64,000 bases of DNA from Candidatus Omnitrophota bacterium (lineage in GTDB: Bacteria; Omnitrophota; Gorgyraeia; Gygaellales; UBA12090), in the NCBI GenBank assembly GCA_030674475.1, contig JAUSCZ010000033.1, positions 52,018-116,017 of the forward strand. Direction: 5' to 3'. The translations under genes were made by a program, and so were the position numbers. A model generated the notes under the pieces. The model did no database searches and was not told the origin of the DNA. It saw nothing but the letters and a program-made list of their open reading frames with translations. This document shows, one piece after another, positions 1 to 8,664 of this stretch (position 1 is the stretch's first letter; each line of letters starts with the position of its first letter).

Positions 1-729
1 CGCTGTGTTAATCCCTGGTGTCCGGCCCAGATGGAAAAAGGGCTGACCCATTTTGCCGGCCGGAGCTGTATGGATATTGAGGGCTTGGGAGAGGCGGCAG
101 TCCGGCAGTTGATTGAAAAAGAATTGGTCCGGGATTTTGCCGATGTGTATTATTTGAAGAAAGAACAGCTTTTAACCTTAGAGCTTTTTAAAGACAAAAA
201 AGCCGATAATTTACTTTTGGCTATTGAAAAAAGCAAGACTCGCCCCTTGGGCAGGCTTATTTATGGATTGGGGATTCGCCATGTAGGTGAGAAGGCGGCT
301 TATGTCTTGGCTCAAAGGTTTAAAAGCTTAGACAAGATAGTCTTATTAAAAAAAGAAGATTTAGACGCCGTCTATGAGGTTGGGCCGGCCATATCCGGCT
401 CTCTCGCGGCTTTTTTTGCCCAGGAGCCGGTAAAAAAGTTGATTAAAAAATTAAAGGAAGCCGGGGTTAATATTAAGGAAGATGAGGAAGGATTACTGTA
501 TATGCCTTTAGCCGGCAAGACGCTTGTCTTTACCGGAGGGCTTGAGTTTTTAAGCCGCCGCCAGGCCGAAGATTTAGCGCGAAAAGCCGGGGGAAGCCCC
601 GCCTCAGCCGTAAGCAAAAATACCGATTTTCTGGTGGCCGGAAAAAATCCCGGCTCAAAATATGACCAGGCGCTTAAATTAGGGGTAAAGAGTATCAGTG
701 AAGCGGAATTTAGGGGGATGCTTGGATGA
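1..729 (+). CDS. ligA: NAD-dependent DNA ligase, C-terminal part (begins before the window)
   Basis: Frame open from base 1 (RCVNPWCPAQ Zn-finger tail), HhH repeats (DIEGLG, GIRHVG), C-terminal BRCT domain (VFTG...SVSKNTDFLVAG). Confidence 0.95.
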   Translation, partial: RCVNPWCPAQMEKGLTHFAGRSCMDIEGLGEAAVRQLIEKELVRDFADVYYLKKEQLLTLELFKDKKADNLLLAIEKSKTRPLGRLIYGLGIRHVGEKAAYVLAQRFKSLDKIVLLKKEDLDAVYEVGPAISGSLAAFFAQEPVKKLIKKLKEAGVNIKEDEEGLLYMPLAGKTLVFTGGLEFLSRRQAEDLARKAGGSPASAVSKNTDFLVAGKNPGSKYDQALKLGVKSISEAEFRGMLG

Positions 730-1238
730 AATTCAAAATTCAAAATTCAAAATTCAAAATTACCGCTCTGGTTATGGTTTTTTTAATGATAATTTCTCTC
801 ACTGGCTGCGAGGCCTTTGTGAAGAAATTTAGACGTAAGCCTAAAGAAGAAAAGATGGAAGAGCCGATAATTCAGCCGGAGAGTTATCCTGATGTTGCCT
901 TAAATAAAGATGAATTATACCGGGATTATTTTCTTTTTTGGGAGAGCTGGGCGGATGAGCTGGTATCTTTTTTAAAGGATAATGCCAATACCAAAAAACA
1001 GAAGGAATGTATCCAGCAGGCAATGGATAATCTGCTTAAGATGCAATCGCTTTTAAATGAAGAAAAGGCTGTGTCTTTGGATAAGTTTGTGATAGAGCTG
1101 ACCACGGTTAAGAATGTCTTATTCCAGAGTTATCTTAACAGCGCGGATTTCTCCTATTTAAAAAACAAGGTAGAGAGAGTCAAGGCCAAGGTGCATCGGG
1201 ATTTTGTTTTTTCTAAGATTAAAAAGGACCTAAGGTAG
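726..1238 (+). CDS. Hypothetical lipoprotein
   Basis: Hydrophobic stretch followed by LTGC lipobox; N-terminus encoded by a CAAAATT heptamer repeat. Confidence 0.65.
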   Translation: MKFKIQNSKFKITALVMVFLMIISLTGCEAFVKKFRRKPKEEKMEEPIIQPESYPDVALNKDELYRDYFLFWESWADELVSFLKDNANTKKQKECIQQAMDNLLKMQSLLNEEKAVSLDKFVIELTTVKNVLFQSYLNSADFSYLKNKVERVKAKVHRDFVFSKIKKDLR

Positions 1239-1846
1239 TGCGCCTTGACGCTCTTTCGGTAGGAGAGCTGCAGGTGAACTGTTATATCCTCTCCAGTTCT
1301 CAAACCCGAAATGCCATTATCATTGACCCGGGAGACGATTACCCGAAGATAAAATCTTTCTTAGGACTGCATAAGCTCAACCCCAAATTTATCGTGCATA
1401 CCCACGGTCATATTGATCACATCCAGGCGGATGATGAATTCGGCCTCGCGGTCTACGCGCATACATTGGATGTGGAGCTTTTAAAAGACCCGAATAAGAA
1501 TCTCTCTAATTTCTTAAGCTTTCCCTTTAAGGTGAATTCTCCGGTTAAGCCTTTAGAGGACGGCGAGAACATTACCCTGGATGACATATCCTTGGAGGTG
1601 ATGCATACCCCGGGGCATACCCCCGGAGGGATATGCCTAAGAGCCGGGAATGTTGTCTTTACCGGTGATACCCTGTTTGCCGGAAGCGTCGGCAGGACTG
1701 ATTTTCCCGGGGCCTCAGGCAAGCAGTTGATTAAATCAATCAAAGATAGATTATTGACTCTTCCGGATGAGACCCTGGTGTATCCCGGCCACGGCCCTTC
1801 CTCAAGCATAGGAGAAGAAAAAAGGGATAATCCTTTTTTAAAATAA
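1238..1846 (+). CDS. MBL-fold metallo-hydrolase (glyoxalase II-like)
   Basis: THGHIDH, HTPGHTPG, FTGDTLF and PGHG motifs. Confidence 0.92.
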   Translation: MRLDALSVGELQVNCYILSSSQTRNAIIIDPGDDYPKIKSFLGLHKLNPKFIVHTHGHIDHIQADDEFGLAVYAHTLDVELLKDPNKNLSNFLSFPFKVNSPVKPLEDGENITLDDISLEVMHTPGHTPGGICLRAGNVVFTGDTLFAGSVGRTDFPGASGKQLIKSIKDRLLTLPDETLVYPGHGPSSSIGEEKRDNPFLK

Positions 1847-1849
1847 CAC

Positions 1850-2740
1850 ATGCAAGAATTAGTTGAGAATTTTCTTAATTATCTTTCGGTGGAGAGGTCT
1901 TTAAGCAAGAACACCATACTCTCTTACCGTCGGGATTTAGAGAAATACATACACTACCTTAAGAATTCTAATATAAATTCTTTATCCCAGACTGCCCGAA
2001 AAAATATCAGCGATTTTATGTTTGGCCTTAAAGACGGAGGCTTATCCGCGGTATCCATTGCCCGGAATCTGGTAGCCATTAAGGTGTTGTATCGTTTCTT
2101 GGTGCGCGAGAGAATCTTGACCACGGATCCTTCCAGCCTTTTAGATTCGCCGAAATTATGGAAGAAGATACCCGACGTTCTCTCAGGACTTGAGGTAGAA
2201 GCTTTGCTTGAGGTCCCTGATCTTAAGACTGCGCGAGGCCTGAGGGATAAGGCGATTCTGGAACTGATGTATGCCACGGGACTGCGGGTTTCCGAAGCGG
2301 TTAATCTTAAGACGCAGGATGTAAACTTTGATGTGGGTTTTCTGCGTTGTATAGGTAAAGGCTCCAAGGAAAGGATAGTGCCTTTAGGAAAAGAGTCTAT
2401 TCAGGCTATAAAAAAGTATTTAGCGCAGGCGCGGCCAAAATTAGCCCGGGGCACAGGCGGGGATTCATTTTTATTTCTCAGCCGTTTGGGCAAAAAGATA
2501 TCCCGGCAGTCTTTCTGGAAATTGGTAAAGCATTATGCCGAAAGCGCCCGGATAAAAAAGAATATCCGGCCGCATACTCTTCGTCATTCCTTTGCTACCC
2601 ATCTTTTAGAAAGAGGGGCGGATTTAAGGAGCGTGCAGGAGATGCTTGGCCACGCCGATATCTCCACTACCCAGATTTATACTCACATTGATAAGAACCG
2701 GCTCAAGATGATCCATAAAAATTTTCATCCCCGCCCATAA
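1850..2740 (+). CDS. xerD: Tyrosine recombinase XerD
   Basis: LMYATGLRVSE, GKGSKER, HTLRHSFATHLL, LGHADISTTQIY; ends in HPR. Confidence 0.92.
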   Translation: MQELVENFLNYLSVERSLSKNTILSYRRDLEKYIHYLKNSNINSLSQTARKNISDFMFGLKDGGLSAVSIARNLVAIKVLYRFLVRERILTTDPSSLLDSPKLWKKIPDVLSGLEVEALLEVPDLKTARGLRDKAILELMYATGLRVSEAVNLKTQDVNFDVGFLRCIGKGSKERIVPLGKESIQAIKKYLAQARPKLARGTGGDSFLFLSRLGKKISRQSFWKLVKHYAESARIKKNIRPHTLRHSFATHLLERGADLRSVQEMLGHADISTTQIYTHIDKNRLKMIHKNFHPRP

Positions 2741-2742
2741 TT

Positions 2743-4077
2743 ATGGAAAATTTAGCCGATAAGCTTAACCGGGAACCACCGGAGGTCCTGCGGAGCCTAA
2801 AACTTATAAGCGCTATTGCCGGAGAACTTGGTTATCCGGTGTATGCCGTGGGAGGTTTTGTGCGGGATATTATCCTGGGGGTTGAGGATTTTGACTTAGA
2901 TATAGTGGTGGAAGGAGACGGGATAAATTTCACTCGGGAGTTAAGCCGTAAGTTGAATGTTGGTTGGACCGCGCATATGAGGTTTAAAACGGCAACGATA
3001 CATATTCCCGGCGAAGTGAAAATAAAATTAGATGTAGCCACGGCCAGGCAAGAGATTTATGATTCACCCGCCGCGCTTCCTAAAGTGAATTTTGGGAGCA
3101 TAAAAGATGATTTGAAAAGGCGGGACTTCACTATCAATGCCATGGCAATTGATATATCCCAGGATAGTTTTGGCGGGCTGGTAGATTTTTTTGACGGTAG
3201 AAAAGACCTGCGCGATAAAGTCCTCAGGGTCATGCACGATTTAAGCTTTATTGATGACCCCACCCGGATATTAAGGGCGGTGCGCTTTGAACAGAGGTTC
3301 GGCTTTTACATTGAGCCGCGCACCTTAAAACTGCTCAAGGAATCGCTTGCCCAAGGAATGTTAGAGAGGGTGCATAATCATCGCCTGCGCGATGAACTTA
3401 TCTTAATTCTTAAGGAACCGGATCCGGTTAAATCCTTAAAGCGGATACACGCATTGCGCGGTTTTAAATTTATCCATCCGGGTTTAGCCGTTGATGAAAA
3501 AACCTTCGCTTTATTAAAGCGGATAAATAAGCTTTACCAGTGGTTCGCCCAGAATTTTGTCCATAAGCATAAACATAAGGTTGAAAGTTGGCTTCTTTAT
3601 CTTATTGTTTTACTTGAAAATCTAAGCATAGTAAAGCTTAAGAGAACCTTGCAGAGCTTCGCCTTTCATAAAAAAGATATTCAGAAAGTTATTTCTTTTA
3701 AGAAAGATGCCGCTAAAGTTATAGCTAAGTTAAAAAAGGAAATTCCAATCAGCGGTATCCATAAAATTCTTTTCCCCTTAAGTTATGAAGTCGTCTTGCT
3801 GATGCTTTTAAGGTCCGGGGATGGCCGGGTTAAGAGAAAGATTCAGGATTTCTTACGCGTTTACAGCGGTATTCAAATCCATCTGCGGGGAGATGAGCTT
3901 AAGGAATTAGGCGTCCGGCCGGGCCCGGATTTTAAATTGATTTTGAAGGAGCTTCTGGACGCCAAATTAGACGGAAAATTCAGCACCAGGGAAGAGGAAT
4001 TATTATACTTAAAGAATGAGATTCTTTCCGACAGTGCCGCAATCCCGATTTTTAGCCGGGAAAGCAAAAAACCGTAA
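2743..4077 (+). CDS. Class II tRNA nucleotidyltransferase (CCA/A-adding family)
   Basis: VGGFVRD, DLDI, RRDFTINAMA and DDPTRILRAVRF motifs. Confidence 0.88.
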   Translation: MENLADKLNREPPEVLRSLKLISAIAGELGYPVYAVGGFVRDIILGVEDFDLDIVVEGDGINFTRELSRKLNVGWTAHMRFKTATIHIPGEVKIKLDVATARQEIYDSPAALPKVNFGSIKDDLKRRDFTINAMAIDISQDSFGGLVDFFDGRKDLRDKVLRVMHDLSFIDDPTRILRAVRFEQRFGFYIEPRTLKLLKESLAQGMLERVHNHRLRDELILILKEPDPVKSLKRIHALRGFKFIHPGLAVDEKTFALLKRINKLYQWFAQNFVHKHKHKVESWLLYLIVLLENLSIVKLKRTLQSFAFHKKDIQKVISFKKDAAKVIAKLKKEIPISGIHKILFPLSYEVVLLMLLRSGDGRVKRKIQDFLRVYSGIQIHLRGDELKELGVRPGPDFKLILKELLDAKLDGKFSTREEELLYLKNEILSDSAAIPIFSRESKKP

Positions 4078-4128
4078 AAATTCGAAAAATATTACCATTT
4101 TTTTAACTTTTATGATATACTTTCTCCT

Positions 4129-4506
4129 ATGGCTAAGAAGATATTGATAGCGGATGATGATCCCGCGGTTTCCCAGACCTTAAAAACAGCTTTGGAAAGA
4201 AGCGGTTATGAGGCTGACATAGCCGCCAACGGCGAGGAATGTCTGCAGAAGGTTTTGATAAATAAGCCGGATTTACTGTTATTGGATATTATGATGCCGC
4301 GGATGGACGGATTTTCTTTTTTGGTGGCCATCAAAGAGTTAAGGGCTTTAACCGGGAGCGCGCCCCAGATGCCGGTGATGGTGATTACCGGCAAAGATAA
4401 TGAAGTAAACCGGAGCTTGATGACCCATGAGGATATTAAGGATTACATCTTAAAGCCGTTTGATCTGAAAGAGCTTTTAAGCAAGATTAAGAAAACCTTA
4501 GAGTGA
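4129..4506 (+). CDS. Single-domain response regulator
   Basis: ILIADDD, LLDIMMP and KPF receiver motifs. Confidence 0.9.
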   Translation: MAKKILIADDDPAVSQTLKTALERSGYEADIAANGEECLQKVLINKPDLLLLDIMMPRMDGFSFLVAIKELRALTGSAPQMPVMVITGKDNEVNRSLMTHEDIKDYILKPFDLKELLSKIKKTLE

Positions 4507-4540
4507 TTGCCGGTCTGAGAATAATTTTTGCCTGTTCCCC

Positions 4541-4568
4541 TTGACAAATTAAAATTTTGTGTTATACT
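4541..4568 (+). promoter_or_regulatory. Sigma70-type promoter upstream of the riboswitch
   Basis: TTGACA-16 nt-TATACT with extended -10 TG. Confidence 0.6.
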
Positions 4569-4660
4569 TTAATTAGAAATTTGCACTTTGACAATTAAAC
4601 AAGAAATACCATTTGTCCCGCAGAAAAGCGGGATCCCGCTAAAGTGTTAAAATACCAAAG

Positions 4661-4746
4661 CGGGAAAAAAGGCAAATTATCCGCAAGGATAAGACGCAAA
4701 GCTTCCGGTCCCTCGATGCTAAAGTAAGGGATAGCGGAGCTACCAA
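4661..4746 (+). ncRNA. Cyclic di-GMP-I (GEMM) riboswitch aptamer
   Basis: GGCAAA-TTATCC-GCAA-GGATAA-GACGCAAAG-CTTCCGGT...TAGCGGAGCTACC matches the class I c-di-GMP aptamer layout (GNRA-capped P2, GACGCAAAG junction, P3). Confidence 0.88.
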
Positions 4747-4764
4747 AGGGTGAAAGCACTAATT

Positions 4765-4796
4765 AACCCTAAAAAATAAGCCTTTAGGGTTTTTTA
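4765..4796 (+). terminator. Putative intrinsic terminator (riboswitch expression platform)
   Basis: AACCCTAAA...TTTAGGGTT hairpin followed by a T run; a second hairpin AAAGCCCTTAC...GTAAGGGCTTTTT at ~4821-4880. Confidence 0.55.
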
Positions 4797-5007
4797 TTGC
4801 CGTTTAAAGAAGAAGATTTCAAAGCCCTTACGGAAAGTTTGCCTTGTGATTCGGTAACTTTAAGTCTGTAAGGGCTTTTTGTTTGAATCTAACCTACCAG
4901 CCACGGTAAGTTTTTTCAATATAGTTATCGCTAATTGGAGAGGAAAGTCTATTCCCCTGGATAAAGCGGTAATTATATTGAAAAGGGGTTAGCCCCGGGA
5001 GGAGAAA

Positions 5008-5286
5008 ATGAAAAAAGATGTAAGTACTCATAGGGTGGTAACCTTTTTGACCAGGGAAGAGCTGGAATTTTTGGATAAACTGGAGAAAGATATGATGTTT
5101 TCTACCGGCAGGCATCTCTCGCGCTCCCAGATTCTTCAGGATATGGCTGAGCTTTTGTCTAAGACCACGATGAACGCGATAGGGATAAAGAGTGATGATG
5201 AGCTCAAAAAGAAAATACAGGAAGCCATATCCAAAATGAACCAACAGGATAAAGAAAAAAATCCCCAGGATAAAAGTGAGGTGTAG
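5008..5286 (+). CDS. Small hypothetical protein, possibly ribbon-helix-helix DNA-binding
   Basis: GGAGGAG RBS; beta-strand (RVVTFL) then two helices (TREELEFLDKL, SRSQILQ). Confidence 0.6.
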   Translation: MKKDVSTHRVVTFLTREELEFLDKLEKDMMFSTGRHLSRSQILQDMAELLSKTTMNAIGIKSDDELKKKIQEAISKMNQQDKEKNPQDKSEV

Positions 5287-5287
5287 A

Positions 5288-5482
5288 ATGAATATCTATC
5301 CGAATAATTTAAAACTGCGGGAACTCTTTACCAAGGGCGGGGTGTTGCTTTTTAATATTTATCGGCCCGAAGCTGTCTATAAAGGCGAGATAACATTATT
5401 ACCCGTGGTGGATTGTTTTCAGAAGCGGGTTGTGCATATAAGGGAATATCTGTATAAGGAAAATGATGGAGAGGAGGAGTAA
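5288..5482 (+). CDS. Small hypothetical protein
   Basis: GAGGTG RBS before the ATG at 5288; tightly packed in the operon. Confidence 0.5.
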   Translation: MNIYPNNLKLRELFTKGGVLLFNIYRPEAVYKGEITLLPVVDCFQKRVVHIREYLYKENDGEEE

Positions 5483-5484
5483 AG

Positions 5485-6519
5485 ATGAAGTCAAGCAAAT
5501 TATTTTTATTGGTGGGTGTCTTAGACTTGTGTTTTCTGATTGGAGTGCTTCCAAGATTGCAGGCCCAGGAAGAAGCGGCATCTCAGGTTGAGCCTTCCGC
5601 GAGCGCGCCAGAAGTGTCCGGCTCAGGCACCTGGAAGCAGGAGCTTATTTCTGACCGGCAGGCTCTTAAAGAACAGCATCAGTCAATAGCGGAAAATGCT
5701 CAAGCCGCCAAGCAGGAGGAGCAGCAGTTAAAGGATCAGATTCATCAGGCGGTACAGTCAGGCGATTATGAAACAGCCAGGAGCCTGAAAGATCAGTTTA
5801 AAGAAACCCATCAGGAAAACATTGAACAGATACATGGCGATATTCAGGCGTTTCAGGAATCAAGGCAGGAGTTTAAAAGTGATTTGCAGAGCGCCCGCCA
5901 GGAAAAGAGGGATTACCAATCACAGGGAGAGGGGGAAACATCAGGTTTTAATCCTCCCGGAGTTGGCCCGAATAATCCCCCGGGCAGAGATTTGCCGCCA
6001 GGACTAAGAGATAAAGCGGAAAACAAGTTTGATCGCCGGGAAGACTTGCGAGACAGACGTGAAGATGTCTGGGATAAGAAGGAAGATGCCCGGGATAAGA
6101 GAGAAGATATCCAGGATAAGAGAGAGGATATCTATGACCGCAGGCACGATGGCGGATTTTTAGACAAGTTAGAGGATAAGGCCGATAGGGCTGAAGATAA
6201 ATTTGACCGCAAGGAGGATGTCCGCGATAAAGCTGAAAACAAGTTTGATCGCCGGGAAGATAGGCGGGATAGGCGTGAGGATGTCCGGGATAGAAAAGAA
6301 AATTTGGGAGATAAAGTCCGGGCGCATCAAGACCGCGGCGTCCGAGATCACGGCGCGGGTGTCGGAGCTGGCAGGGGGCAAGGTGGTGAGCATAGGGCGG
6401 ATGCCTCAATGCATAGGGAAAATAAACCCGCGCGTGCCGGAGGCGGCGAACATAGAGGTGGCGGCGCTCCAGCGCGTGCCGGCGGAGGTGGTCATGGAGG
6501 CGGAGGCGGCCATCATTGA
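5485..6519 (+). CDS. Secreted low-complexity protein with coiled coil and D(R/K)RED repeats
   Basis: GAGGAG RBS, signal-peptide-like N-terminus, Q/E-rich coil, 7-aa charged repeats, Gly/His-rich tail. Confidence 0.75.
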   Translation: MKSSKLFLLVGVLDLCFLIGVLPRLQAQEEAASQVEPSASAPEVSGSGTWKQELISDRQALKEQHQSIAENAQAAKQEEQQLKDQIHQAVQSGDYETARSLKDQFKETHQENIEQIHGDIQAFQESRQEFKSDLQSARQEKRDYQSQGEGETSGFNPPGVGPNNPPGRDLPPGLRDKAENKFDRREDLRDRREDVWDKKEDARDKREDIQDKREDIYDRRHDGGFLDKLEDKADRAEDKFDRKEDVRDKAENKFDRREDRRDRREDVRDRKENLGDKVRAHQDRGVRDHGAGVGAGRGQGGEHRADASMHRENKPARAGGGEHRGGGAPARAGGGGHGGGGGHH

Positions 6520-6571
6520 GGAGGTTCAAGGCGTTGATTCTTTGGATAAGGTAAAGGCTTAAAGATGAATA

Positions 6572-6609
6572 GAGAGGCTGTTATCTGAAAATGGTATCAG
6601 CCTCTTTTG
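6572..6609 (+). terminator. Intrinsic terminator
   Basis: AGAGGCTG...CAGCCTCT hairpin followed by TTTG. Confidence 0.6.
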
Positions 6610-6663
6610 TTTGTGGATTTTGCTATTGCAAAATCCAGGTTTATGCGTTAATATGATGGTTAT

Positions 6664-7665
6664 ATGCGTGCTATAAATAAAATCACAATCTTAGGTGATG
6701 GCGGATGGGGGACGACCTTAGCTATACTCTTGGCTAGGAAGGGCTATAAAATAACCCTCTGGGGGGCGTTTAAAGATAATATAGCTGAAGTCAATAAGAC
6801 GCGGATTAATCAAAAATTCCTTCCCGGCATTAGATTGCCTTCCTCAATTGTTCTTACCTCTGATTTGGTTTTGGCCCTTAAAGCCGCGGATTTAATCGTC
6901 TTGGCCATTCCTTCCCAGTTTATCCGTCAGGTATTAAAACGGGTTAAGGAATTAGATGTTAGTTTTATTCCTTTCTTAAGCGTGGTAAAGGGCATTGAAA
7001 CTGAGACCCAGATGCGCGTTTCGGAAATAATTTACCAGGAGTTGGGAAAAAACCTAAGGTTGGCGGTGCTTTCCGGGCCGACCATTGCCTTAGAGGTGGC
7101 TAAAGAGGTGCCCACCACCGCGGTGATCAGCTCATCTGATGAAAAATTAGCCAAGTCATTACAGCGCGTTTTTATGACCCGTAGATTCCGGGTTTATACT
7201 AATCCGGATGTGGTTGGCGTGGAATTGGGCGGGAGCCTTAAGAATGTTATTGCCATAGCCTGCGGGATTTCCGATGGATTAGGCTTTGGCGCTAATACCA
7301 AGGCCGCGCTTTTGGCCCGGGGCCTGGCGGAAATCAGCCGGATGGGGATAGCGGCAGGCGCGAAAAAAGAAACCTTCAGCGGCATAACCGGCTTGGGTGA
7401 TTTAGTTACCACTTGTATCAGTCAGCATAGCCGCAACCGTTCAGTGGGCGAGCAGATCGGAAAGGGCGGGAAATTAAAGAATATCTTATCGCGCATGAAT
7501 ATGGTGGCGGAAGGCGTGGCCACTGCTAAGGCGGCGTACCTCTTAGGAAAGAAATACCGTGTCTCCATGCCGATTACTAATGAGGTCTATTCCGTGCTTT
7601 ACAAAAACAAAGACCCCTTTAGGGCGGTCAATGACCTGATGACCCGGCAGAGAAAAGAAGAATAG
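6664..7665 (+). CDS. gpsA: NAD(P)H-dependent glycerol-3-phosphate dehydrogenase
   Basis: GDGGWG, LSGP, GGSLKNVIAIA, GLGDLVTTC and SRN motifs. Confidence 0.95.
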   Translation: MRAINKITILGDGGWGTTLAILLARKGYKITLWGAFKDNIAEVNKTRINQKFLPGIRLPSSIVLTSDLVLALKAADLIVLAIPSQFIRQVLKRVKELDVSFIPFLSVVKGIETETQMRVSEIIYQELGKNLRLAVLSGPTIALEVAKEVPTTAVISSSDEKLAKSLQRVFMTRRFRVYTNPDVVGVELGGSLKNVIAIACGISDGLGFGANTKAALLARGLAEISRMGIAAGAKKETFSGITGLGDLVTTCISQHSRNRSVGEQIGKGGKLKNILSRMNMVAEGVATAKAAYLLGKKYRVSMPITNEVYSVLYKNKDPFRAVNDLMTRQRKEE

Positions 7666-7861
7666 CTTCTTAATCCGCGGTTTTGTTGGTATATCTAATT
7701 ATTCAACTCACAAATCAGCCCTGGGTAGTGCTATTGATAAAACTTTCCTTTACAGCCTTGGAAAAGGCAGGTATAATCAAATGTTATTATGGAGATTTTA
7801 TCTGCTTAAAGTAATTATTATGCCGCGTGTGATTTCCGCGGCAAGAAGTGAAAATTTATAC

Positions 7862-7936
7862 CGGGGCGTGGCTCAGTTTGGCTAGAGCACTTGAATGGGG
7901 TTCAAGAGGTCACAGGTTCAAGTCCTGTCGCCCCGA
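7862..7936 (+). tRNA. tRNA-Pro(GGG), CCA not encoded
   Basis: Acceptor stem CGGGGCG/CGCCCCG, D arm GCTC...GAGC, anticodon stem CTTGA/TCAAG with loop ATGGGGT, T loop GTTCAAG. Confidence 0.93.
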
Positions 7937-8207
7937 CTAAAATATTATCACGCGAAGGACTTGAACAAAAGAGGAGTTTGAGGGGAAAAGATGATTTTCC
8001 CCTCAAGAGACGCTTCTTTGATAAAGCTGCGGGGGTGACAGCGAAGCCCTGATGACACATCGGGGCTGAGCGTCAGAGGGGGCGGGGAGCCCCCTATGAA
8101 AAGTTCAAGTCCTGTCGCCCCGACTAAAATATTATCACGCGAAGGACTTGAACAAAAGAGGAGTTTGAGGGGAAAAGATGATTTTCCCCTCAAGAAACGC
8201 TTCTTTG
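7916..8207 (+). repeat. 105-bp direct repeat beginning at the tRNA T-arm (7916-8020 and 8103-8207)
   Basis: Two copies with one mismatch, 187-bp period. Confidence 0.9.
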
Positions 8208-8246
8208 CGCCATCAATCATCAACTAAAACTGACGGAGGTGAAATT

Positions 8247-8603
8247 ATGGTTTACGCCGGATCTGAAAGAAGAAAACAGCCACGGGTGGCGGGAAAGTTT
8301 GTGGTGTCTTACCGGATCAAGGCCGAGGTGGACAACTATGACATTTCCCAAACTCGTAACTTAAGCCTGGGAGGAATGATGTTGACTACCAATCGGGAAT
8401 TTACTTTAGGGACGGTTTTGGCTATTGATATACGACTTCCCTTTTTCATTGACGCCATAAATCTAACCGGAAGGGTTATTGATTCAAAAGAGGTGGTCAA
8501 GGATTTGATTTATGATACCAGGATTCAGTTTTTAGAGATTGATTCCAAGTCCGCGGGCATAGTTAATGATACGGTGGGATATTATTTAAAGACCCAGAAA
8601 TAA
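8247..8603 (+). CDS. PilZ-domain c-di-GMP receptor
   Basis: GGAGGTG RBS before the ATG at 8247; RKQPR (RxxxR) and NLSLGG (D/NxSxxG) motifs. Confidence 0.88.
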   Translation: MVYAGSERRKQPRVAGKFVVSYRIKAEVDNYDISQTRNLSLGGMMLTTNREFTLGTVLAIDIRLPFFIDAINLTGRVIDSKEVVKDLIYDTRIQFLEIDSKSAGIVNDTVGYYLKTQK

Positions 8604-8664
8604 GCTTAAAAGAGAATTAATATAATGGCTCCCGGCGCGTGGGGAGCTATTTTTGAGTATCGCT

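Noticed and set aside
1850-2740. Tyrosine recombinase as the integrase of a mobile element
   Set aside because: Size, motifs and housekeeping context indicate chromosomal XerD; far from the island
5948-6562. Alternative-frame ORFs (193 aa minus strand, 119 aa plus strand) over the repeat protein
   Set aside because: Shadow frames of low-complexity sequence with no RBS or motif support
7916-8207. Repeat-spacer-repeat as a CRISPR array
   Set aside because: Only two 105-bp repeats derived from a tRNA 3' end; no cas genes in the window
8178-8246. Longer N-terminus for the PilZ protein
   Set aside because: Derived from the duplicated repeat; the strong RBS precedes the ATG at 8247
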